From: the human T2T-CHM13v2.0 reference genome, Homo sapiens
Reading direction: 5' to 3' (one strand)
DNA: 64,000 nucleotides
Assembly: GCF_009914755.1 (NCBI RefSeq)
Contig: NC_060926.1
Under the pieces are notes generated by a model, which searched no databases, was not told the DNA's origin, and saw only the letters and a list, made by a program, of their open reading frames with translations. A program made the translations under genes and the position numbers. This document shows positions 37,247 through 64,000 of the stretch, one piece after another. Numbering within the stretch: the stretch's first letter is position 1; every line of letters begins with the position of its first letter.

Positions 37247-38085
37247 TTCATACTTATATCACACTTTCAGTCTCTCTATTAAAATTTGATAAAGGAAACT
37301 GAACCCTATTAAAGTGGGCTGTTACAAAACATATCAAATGCCAACTGACTTAGGTGTAATCCTCGGATTCCTCAAATTGGAATAATTCTACAGTTAATCC
37401 TTTAGTAAGGCTCTTGAGTTTTGCCTTGAAAGCTACTTTAAACCACACTTCAAGCAAAGAGCCTGAGCCCTTTAAGGCTTCCCTTGGCTGATATCATAAA
37501 CATTGTGTTGTATTAGTGTCAGGAGTGGCTCTGGCAGCACTCTCCACCCCTACTCCCGAGGCACTAAATATATTACTCCTTTCTGAACTGCTTTCACAGG
37601 CCCATTTCAACCGTGTCCAGGCCTCCAGATTAGCTGAGGAGTTCCTGAAACCCACTTCTCCTTACCTCTCCGCCTGTGGCACCATCTCTCGAGTCTACTC
37701 TCTAGACAGTTGTGAGTCACCCTCTAAAATGCTTTATTCCGGAGTTTACCTGAGATCCCATCACCGGCTTCTCTCTGTGCTCAGCACAGAAGCCAACTCC
37801 TTGGCCTCTGCCCTAAGTCCTCAGCTGTCTGCCATACAGAGAGACTCTGGTTGTTAGGCCCAGTCCTCACCACAGTGAAAGCATTCGGATCCTGAGTTGG
37901 GGGATCTCTGGGTTGGTTGGTTCAGTTCCATTTTTCCCAGCCCTTCAAGTCCCTAGCCCCCTTGCCCTTTCTGTTTTCTCTGCCCTGTCCATTGTCAGTT
38001 TTCTATCTACTCAGCCAGTTGTTTTCACTGCAGCTGTGAGTAGGCCCCCAAACACTGCGAGGGAAACATCAAAGAGCCATGCTGG

Positions 38086-45820
<7,735 letters not shown>

Positions 45821-46137
45821 ATTTCAAATGAGAAAAAAAGTTATTTAATAGGAAGAGGGGGAGTAAATTACCTGGTTGCACAGCTCTGGAGGGCACCATT
45901 CACACTGTGTTCAGTAGCAAACCCAGCGATCCTGGGTTGAAGGGGTAAGAGCCTCCAGGCACAGTTTAAGAAACTGATAAAAAGCCTTTGTTTTGTCATA
46001 TCCTTCGTGGCCACCATTCCCCCTCCCCCCCCCCCCATTTAGTTGTTACATGCAATACTACTCAATTTGCAAAGCTAATACAACTGGATTCTCCACTGTT
46101 TTTGGTAAGAAACTATCAGTTCAACTAACACAGATCC

Positions 46138-46443
46138 TTTTTTTTTTTTTTTTGGAGGCAGAGTCTTGTGCTGTCACCCAGGCTGGAGTGCAGTGGTACA
46201 ATCTCAGCTCACTTCAACCTCCACCTTCTGGGTTCAAGGATTCTCATGCCTCAGCCTCTCGAGTAGCTGGGACTACAGGCGGGTGCCATCATGCCTGGCT
46301 AATTTTTTGTATTTTAGTAGAGACGGAGTTTCACCGTGTTGCCCAGGCTAGTCTCGAACTCCTGAGCTCAGGCAATCTGCCCAATCCACCCGCCTTGGCC
46401 TCCCAAAGTGTAGGATTACAGGCATGAGCCAGCAGGCCCGGCT
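46138..46443 (-). mobile_element. AluS SINE
   Basis: TSD aactaacacagat(c/a)c at 46123-46137 and 46445-46459. Confidence 0.92.
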
Positions 46444-46459
46444 TAACTAACACAGATAC

Positions 46460-46926
46460 TTTTTTTTTTTTTTTAATACTTTTAGGGTACATGTGCACAA
46501 CGTGCAGGTTAGTTACATATGTATACATGTGCCATGTTGGTGTGCTGCACCCATTAACTTGTCATTTAACATTAGGTATATCTCCTAATGCTATCCCTCC
46601 CCCCCTCTCCCCACCCCACAACAGGCCCCAGTGTGTGATGTTCCCCTTCCTGTGTCCATGTGTTCTCATTGTTCAATTCCCACCTATGAGTGAGAACATG
46701 CGTTGTTTGGTTTTTGGTCCTTGCGATAGTTTGCTGAGAATGATGGTTTCCAGCTTCATCCATGTCCCTACAAAGGACATGAACTCATCATTTTTTATGG
46801 CTGCATAGTATTCCATGGTGTATATGTGCCACATTTTCTTAATCTAGTCTGTCATTGTTGGACATTTGGCTTGGTTCCAAGTCTTTGCTATTGTGAATAG
46901 TGCCACAATAAACATACGTGTGCATG
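46460..46926 (-). mobile_element. Young L1PA (about L1PA2-4) 5'-truncated 3' end
   Basis: tttagggtacatgtgcacaacgtgcaggttagttacatatg...ccttcctgtgtccatgtg...; TSD acacagatactttt on both sides. Confidence 0.92.
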
Positions 46927-47590
46927 CTCACACAGATACTTTTTAACAACATGACCACTTTCTAAGTTCATTACCCTTTGAAACAAAACAAAACAAAACT
47001 CAGCTACACCATTTCTAAACAAAGGTGTAAAAAAAAAATTGAAGATCCAGTTAGCTAAGGAAGCCACTAAAAGAGTTGGAACAAAAGGCTCTCTCCAAAT
47101 GGCTATGAATTTAAGCCTTTATAATTCATAAAGAACATATGAATTCAGGAAGAAAAATGTGCAGTTTATAGTTTTATATAGCATTAACCCTGGAAGTTGC
47201 TCTCAGATCTTAAAAGTCTTCAAACTCTTCTGTTACTTTTACATATGAAGATAGCAACGTATTTGGTTGATGATGGCTAAGAAAACATCTGGCACAGCCA
47301 TATTAACAAGGGAATAGTTTGTTTTACGACAGAAGAGGAAGCTTCTGTTCTCGGCTAAGAGCCATGTCCTCAGATACCATGGCAATAAATGGAAAGCTTG
47401 TCAGTAAGTGGTTGCCTCTTTGTCTTAAATTTTTAAGCAGTTTAGTAGTTAGCTCCAAATTAGGAAATTAACTGGCAATCAAAGCATTGGAGCAGGAAAA
47501 CCCATTATAGCTCTTCCAAATCTCCAAAAAAAAAAAAAAAAAAAAAAAAAAGGTTAGCATTACGATAACTCTTTGTAGGAAGAGGAATAC

Positions 47591-49234
<1,644 letters not shown>

Positions 49235-50667
49235 TAGAGAGGAATGTTCCTACGAAGCATTTAGTTCTCAGTGTGTCCCTCCCCTTGGATGTATATTAAA
49301 TGATCCTGACAGCTTCAGCTGACATGAGTTTTGAGGAATTCCAAGCTAATCTATTAGGTCATATCTACAGATACTTTGGGGATCTCTTGTTAAACAGTTG
49401 GGAAGTTCTAAATATTTCCATGAAAAAACTGCCAGGAAAGAGAAATCTGCTAATAAAAAGGAGAATGACATAGTTTGAGGGTCTACTTATTGTAAAGCAA
49501 GAGAAAGAACAGTAACTGGAGTAAAATGAGCTCACAGCTGTGATGAACGGCTGTGGTGGCTTAGCTATTGAGGCCAGGCTAAGCTGTTTACCACCAGATT
49601 TTGATACAAAGGGACACTACCAGAAAGGATCCTTTGGAAATACGTGGTGGAGTTGCAAGAAATAAATCTTCATTCATGAAACTGGCAACCTTTGGGGCAA
49701 TGCTGAATCACACAGAGGGGGAAGGCCTGTCCTTTGCAAAAGACAAAATGGTTTTCAACCAACTGTATTAGTCTTTAGAAAGTTATGGGCATCCTTGCTT
49801 TGCAGAAGTGTCAGAGTTTCCAAAAGAGATTTCTTTCACCAGGTGGCTACCCACTAATAAAGGCCATACTGCTTCTTTCAAAGATGACAAAGTTTAAAAG
49901 GTGCACACAGAACTCTGTAAATGCAATGATGATTACTGTTTGTCAAATGTGTCGTTGCTTCCTGCATGAGTCCTGTCTCCAGTTAGCTGTGGCAGTTTCT
50001 GAGATGAGCTGGCCTCTGTGGAAGACCCACTGGTGAAAGGTGGGCTGGATACAGGACCAAAAAGGTTCAATTTGGGGGTTCAATTTGGGGACCCCAAAAT
50101 GCCTGCGGTCAAAGCATGAGGACAACAAAGAGTTGCCCCTTCTCTTTTTCTTCCGTTCCTCCTCCTCCTGCTTCCTGTGTCCTTCTTGCTCCACTTCTCT
50201 CAGCTCCTTACCAGAAGCCTGATTTAGGGGTCCAGTACCTGTCTGTTTCCATGGAACAATCTCTGACAAGTTAACCAGCCAGTCAGTTGACTTCCTATTC
50301 CCTAGGCTCTCCTCTTCCCTAGGCAAGTTGCCCTTCCTCAACTCTTAACCATTACTGGAAGGTAGCTGGAGGAAATGAGAAGCTGAGGAGAAACCAGTGC
50401 CTTTTTCTGTGTTTAGGATATATTAAGCATAAGCACAATTAGTAGTTTTATCTGAGAATAAAAGTATCCTAAATAGATCCTGGCTGTGTGATTTCAGGCG
50501 CTCGAGGAGTGCCCTCCTGGAACGTCAGTTTCCTTCCTCAAAGCCCCGAGGGCAGGTTCTTAACACTGGCTGGAGGTCAAATAGGGTACTGACTATATTT
50601 CCATTTCACCAGCGAACTCCAAGGTCAAAAACAAGGCTACACCTGACAGAACATTTAAAAAAGAATT

Positions 50668-50765
50668 ACACTGCTGTGCAAATACAAAGAAGTGTCCACT
50701 GATTTTCACCAACCCTGGGTGCACTGCCTATGAGTTAGCCCAGCTCCTCAAGGAAATTTACGATT
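50668..50765 (+). mobile_element. ~100-nt hairpin-rich retroposed element related to 13777-13840
   Basis: Flanked by aaaaaagaatt (50657-50667) / aaaaaataatt (50766-50776) at a TT/AAAA site; shares the CTGGGTGCACTG.CTAT.AGT.AG.CC.GCTCC.CAAGGA module. Confidence 0.55.
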
Positions 50766-51529
50766 AAAAAATAATTCATTGCCTTTCCACCTTCCAGCAT
50801 AGTACTTCAAGTTGAGATGCTCACCGGGGCCTCCTAACCCCTCTCTTTGGATGCAACCCCTTTCTTCCTAGGTGGTCCATCCTACAGGACTGTTAAACCA
50901 ATATTTCTTATTTGCCATTTTGAATCCTCAAGGATTCACTGAGTGCCTACTCTACACCTTCGCTTGAAAACTTTCAGAGATTTCCTGTATTCTGCTTCAT
51001 GCCCAGCTCCACCTTCCCATCTAAACATTGCCCACTTACCCTAAGCCTTCCAGTCTTGCCAACCTCCAAAGCACCATGCCATGGGGCCTAAAATGCCCTC
51101 TTCTCTCCCCTCTGAGCCTGTTCAAACTCAGCTCAGTCTCTCGTCCTGGGTTTTGGTGTCTCTCCAGGGTAAAGGGGTGGGGAGGGTGCCTTCATTCTGA
51201 CTGGCTCCCAGTGAGGCAGCCCCCCTTGAGGAAGAGGCTGAGATGCCAAGTGACTTGCCTGGAGTCATTTGCCAGCAGGCGATGGAATAGGGACTACGAG
51301 ACACCCTGCAGCCTCTCCTGGGAGGACAACGCCCCTTCTCCCTCTCCATGCACTCTTGAGGCAGCAAAGAGGAGGCATCTGGACGCGTTTACCTCCTCCC
51401 CACCCCCACAGCTTGGCCCTCACTAAACTATCTTGTGTCCTTCCTCCTGCTATGATTGATTCGCCCAGGAAGGTGGGGCTTCATCTTTACCTTTCAAATA
51501 TAATTCTTTAGTTCTCCTAATTACAAGGT

Positions 51530-51565
51530 GGGGGGTGGGGGGTGGGGGTGGGGTGAGGCGGGGGG
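51530..51565 (+). other. G-quadruplex-forming motif upstream of the promoter
   Basis: Five G-runs of 4-6 G with mostly 1-nt loops. Confidence 0.75.
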
Positions 51566-51952
51566 TACAAAACAAAACAAAACTCCATGAAGCAACTTAG
51601 AAAGCACGACCGCAAAGGCCCTCCATCATCCCCACCCAGAGGTGAGGACAAGGTCTGGGGGTGCTGGGTGGCTTCAGACCTTCCACGGGTCCAAGCTATC
51701 TGCTTCAAGAGGGCATCGAAAGGTAACTCATAGACTTACCGCCCCCGCCCCCCGACTTTTGCAGGAGGGAGCGCTCTCCCCTCCTCTGGGAGGCTGGAGA
51801 CTCGGGGACAGAAGATGCGCTGGAGGGAAGAGAACGGAGCGTCGGACACCAGAAAAACTTTGGGGGATTCGGGGTGAGAAAGAAGGCGTGAAGAGAGAAG
51901 GGAGGCTCAGCAGGGGAGGAGGGGCGGGGGCGGGGGCGGGAGCGGGAGGAGT

Positions 51953-52113
51953 CACTGCGCCGCGGCCGCCCCTCCCCGCCCTCCACTCGGCGGCCCCGGG
52001 TCTTCCTCCGCCTCCTCCTCCCCCTCCTCCTCCCCCTCCTCCTCCTCCTCCTCTTCCTCCGCCTCCTGGTGTGGCTGGCTGCGGCCAGAATCGGAGCCCC
52101 AACCGCGCTGCCG
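51953..52113 (+). other. STON1: Non-coding first exon (5'UTR); start uncertain, donor at 52113
   Basis: Strong donor CCG|gtgagt in the island core; no ATG in the exon; Inr-like gtcact at ~51951. Confidence 0.7.
52001..52067. repeat. Imperfect (CCT)n homopyrimidine repeat at the TSS/5'UTR
   Basis: cctccgcctcctcctccccctcctcctccccctcctcctcctcctcctcttcctccgcctcc. Confidence 0.92.
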
Positions 52114-53942
52114 GTGAGTGACCAGCCCCAGGGGACAGAGACGGGAGGCCTGGGACCCCCCCTCTCCAGGGTGGGGCCTCCCGCCGTGTCTGGGAAAGTT
52201 TGCGGGCGCCCCGGGACGCGGGCATCTCCAGGGCCGCTCGGCGCCTCCCCATCTCCCCGCGCCCGCCCTGGCCGCCCCCAGGGGCGCCCTGGGGCCCGCA
52301 GAGGGATGGCCTCCCGGCAGGGACTCCTCGGCTCCCCTCTCTTCTGAGACTGCTGCTGGGACCGGGGTCCGACTCTAAAGAGAAAACTCAAACAGCAAAA
52401 AAAGGAATATCGACTCAGTTCCGAGGGCGGGGGCCGGGGCTCGTTCTCACCCGCGCGCGGCCCCTCGACCTCTCGGACCCGGGCCACCAGCTCTGCGCCC
52501 CTCACGCCTCCCTCGGGGTCTCTGTGTCTCTCTCCCGCTCCCGGACTCCCTCCTCCTTCTGACTGCTGTTATTTGGGCTGTTGTCCCTCCCCGCTCCCTG
52601 GTACCTCAGCTCGGACCTTAGCCTGTGCCTGCAGCCCGGAGTCCCCTCCTGCCCTGGAAGGCAAGGAGCCAGGCCACGGGGCCACAGCCGCGGGGGCCAC
52701 CACACTGGCCCAAATATTTCCTGCAGGTATGACCATTCACTGGGTATTGGGGTTGGGTCCCTTGGACCCACAAACTGAACCTCGTGGGTACAGGGAAAAA
52801 TTAAAATATATTCCTCCTTAGGATTGTACTGCTTCTGTTGGTTTGGCATCTTTTTATTTTTAACCCTTCTAACTGTGCTTTCTTCGAATAATAATGATAC
52901 TTCATGTAATTAGCGTTTCTAATATCTAAAGACAGAAGAAGGAAGAAAATAAACGGAAGAGAGAGAATGCTTGCTAAAAATACTCATTTTTGACTTCAGT
53001 CCACACTCGACTGTTTTCCTGGGAGATAGAAGTTCAGTGTAGCTTGTTTTCAGACTAACCGCAAACACGATTACAGCCTCCTCCAGGCTAGAAGTTTTAA
53101 TTTGCCTGACATGCAGCACACTGTTTGTTGGTATTCCCAGCCTGGCATTCCCGTCTGCATAGCTCTAGTCTCCCTCCCAACTCCCCCACCCCCACTTTCT
53201 TTCTCATAAAAGGGAGCTGTGAAAACAAGGCAATGGGAGAGGCTCAAACGAGCTGGACCACATAATAAAAACAGCCCTACTTATTTTAATCCTGAGGCTA
53301 TGGACTCCCCTGGACTCTGATTGGGTGGAAGAATTGTTTAGTTCATTTGTGTGGTTTTTCTGTCAGTAGTTATTATGGTTGAATCAGTGTTTCCATGACA
53401 GTCTTGCTTCTGTGGGCACGATGGGGAGCCTGTTAATTCTCGGATGGGTCTGGACAGATCAAGTCTGGAGTCTGGAGAGATTTTTCAGGGCTTGACCTGG
53501 GCTGATATTGCAAACCTCTGCACACTCACTCAGAACCAGAGCAGCCGGGAGCAGCCTGAGCTGGGGTTTTCTTCCACATGATCTGGGAAGAAAAAGCTCT
53601 ACCAAGGAGCGAACTGTGTGAGCATGGTTGCTGGGGGATGTTGAATGTTTTACGTTTTTAGGAAGAACACACTTCTCAAAACTTTAGCCATTCCTGTTTC
53701 CATACAAACAATAAATGTGGTTGTAACAAATGTAGTAGATCAGATTCTGAACAACCCCTTAAAAAACAGGTCCAAGTATTGAACCATTTGGAAATAAAGA
53801 TTTTATTTTATTTGAATTCTACTGGAAATAAAAGAGTTTATGTTAAAAAGGATGTAATTCACTTCTCTCCACTGATGCAGTTTGACAGTTCCCCATTGGT
53901 ATGAATCAGTTAGGTTTTATTGTGGTCTCAAAACATCATTAA

Positions 53943-61779
<7,837 letters not shown>

Positions 61780-62119
61780 TAGTAAATGATGTTCCTCTAG
61801 ACCTATTTCACATATGGAGCAGCTTTTTATGACCTCCAGCTTTTTGTAAGTGCCTCACTAACAGCTCATGGTGTAAGGTGACCATCTCCTGGACCCCCTC
61901 ACTGCATGTATGGTCATTAAAGCCCCAGCTCGCAGGTATTTAGGCCTCTTGCTGCGGTGGATTTCTCTATGAGCCCCTTGGCCTCAGCTTCCATACATTG
62001 ACCTAACTTCCACTTCCCTCTGTTTCTGGTACCTGGAGATTTCTACTTTATCTAGGTTTTAGATGATATTTTTGTTATCATATTTTTGTTCAGTGTTTTG
62101 AAGTGTTTGGATGGGAGGA

Positions 62120-62872
62120 TGTGGTGTTATGATATATACTAGTTTTTATCCATGGTTCCTGGCTCATAACACCCCACAGCCCTTGTTACAGTTTTTGTTG
62201 TTATAATACTGGGTGTGTTAGGCCTCAGAGGCAGCCCTCTGACCTTCTGCCCTCCTTTCACTTACCCCAAGGCAGGACTCTAATGTTCCGCCTGTGAGAG
62301 TGTTGATGCACCCAATGCCCTGGAGGAAGGAATGCTGACATTGTGAAGCTTCCATAAAAACCCAGGAGGACCGGGTTGATGGAGCTTCTGAATAGCTGAA
62401 CACAGGGAGGTTCCTGGAGGATGGTGCACCCAGGCAGAGCATGGAAGGGCTGTGCCCCTTTCCTCATACTGCCCTACACATCCGCTTATCTGTATCTTTC
62501 GCAGTATTCTTTATAGTAAACCAGTAAACCTAAGTAACTTTCCCTGAGTTCTGTGAGCTGCTCCAGCAAATTCGCTGAACCCAAAGACGGCGCTCTTGAG
62601 CCTCAACTTGAAGTGGGTCAGTCAGAAGTTCCTGAGGCTCAGACTTGTGACTGGCATGTGGGGAGGGGCAGTCTTGGGAACTAGCCCTCAGCCTATGGGA
62701 TCTGACACTATCTCAGAGTAGATAGTTCATTAGAGGACACCCAGCTGGTGTCTGTTGCTTGGTGTATTTGGAAAAAGCCCCCACACATTTGGTCACAAGA
62801 AGTCTTCTGTGTTGGTGATTATTATGGTGTGAGAGTGGAGGAAAAACATGGTTAGAGAGTTTTTCCTATACA
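62120..62872. mobile_element. MER21B-like solo LTR, apparently full length
   Basis: TG...CA termini (tgtggtgttatgat ... cctataca); 5-bp TSD-like gagga/gaggg; homologous to 18095-19220. Confidence 0.85.
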
Positions 62873-62966
62873 GAGGGATATTTCTACCCAATCCGTCATA
62901 CTGACTGAGGTTCTTAACTCCTAATTAACTTAATTAAATTAACTCCTAATTTAAAAGTTTATTTTG

Positions 62967-63620
<654 letters not shown>

Positions 63621-64000
63621 CCACACAAAAAAACAGAATACAGCAAAGTAAATACATGTACATTGGCTCCTGCATGTGAAATCTCCTGCTACTAAGAGAA
63701 TGCGGGAGAGAAGAGGTCTGAATAAATAATACCGTGTGCCACTGCCACCATCTGGAACCCTGCACGCTTACTGCGGTGTCTCACTCTCATCTGGCCAATG
63801 TTTTCAGTCCAGAAAAGATCTGAATTTCCCAACCATGCTGCTCCAGTCCCTAAATGCTGTCCTTTAGATTCTCTATAGTAGATCAAAACCTCATGCTCAA
63901 CTAGCATCTTAACTCACATCTATGTTGAAAAGAAAAAACATGTGGAAAAGTTCCTGTTGTCCTTGGATATGAAGACGATGTTCTGTTTCTGCTGGGCATG

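Larger units (their letters stand above)
36612..37263 (+). other. PPP1R21: PPP1R21 3'UTR (end approximate)
   Basis: Repeat-free AU-rich stretch between the stop codon and the poly(A) signal. Confidence 0.8.
51700..52700 (+). promoter_or_regulatory. STON1: CpG-island, TATA-less promoter with tandem GC boxes (51921-51940), probably STON1/STON1-GTF2A1L
   Basis: Sharp rise in GC and CpG; ggggcgggggcgggggcggg Sp/KLF sites. Gene name rests on recalled synteny (PPP1R21-STON1 at 2p16.3); no STON1 coding sequence is in the window. Confidence 0.78.

Noticed and set aside
51642-52849. Long overlapping ORFs in the CpG island (266 aa, 174 aa, 159 aa with poly-Pro/Gly/Arg)
   Set aside because: Stop codons are scarce in GC-rich DNA; the poly-amino-acid runs come from the (CCT)n repeat; ORFs are open in several frames on both strands

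Overview
This is primate (human-like) genomic DNA, dense in Alu elements, not a microbial locus. Bases 1-37.3 kb hold the 3' half of PPP1R21 (CCDC128/KLRAQ1; FERRY subunit Fy-2) on the + strand. I reconstructed ten coding exons by hand with canonical AG/GT boundaries and a continuous reading frame ending ...SSKGNSKKNKSR* (TAG 36609-36611), followed by a 3'UTR with a (TC)n tract and AATAAA at 37241. About 14 kb of repeat-rich intergenic DNA follows. A CpG-island promoter with a non-coding first exon (donor at 52113) lies at ~51.7-52.7 kb; by recalled synteny it belongs to STON1/STON1-GTF2A1L, and the rest of the window is that gene's first intron. Nearly all ORFs in the supplied track are Alu/L1 or GC-rich artefacts. 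I see no new protein-coding system, CRISPR array or functional RNA gene. The most notable observations are structural: (1) a fossil direct-plus-inverted duplication at 11.1-12.3 kb copied from 9.2-9.6 kb, forming a tight fold-back; (2) an old L1 carrying an apparent 3' transduction (4.5-5.1 kb); (3) two dispersed copies (13.8 and 50.7 kb) of a short hairpin-rich sequence that looks like a retroposed LTR-derived small RNA; (4) a head-to-head pair of related LTRs; (5) a 33-nt Ser/Thr-rich symmetric mini-exon and a tandem array of alternative splice donors in PPP1R21. Repeat subfamily names come from memory of consensus sequences and have not been checked with RepeatMasker/Dfam.
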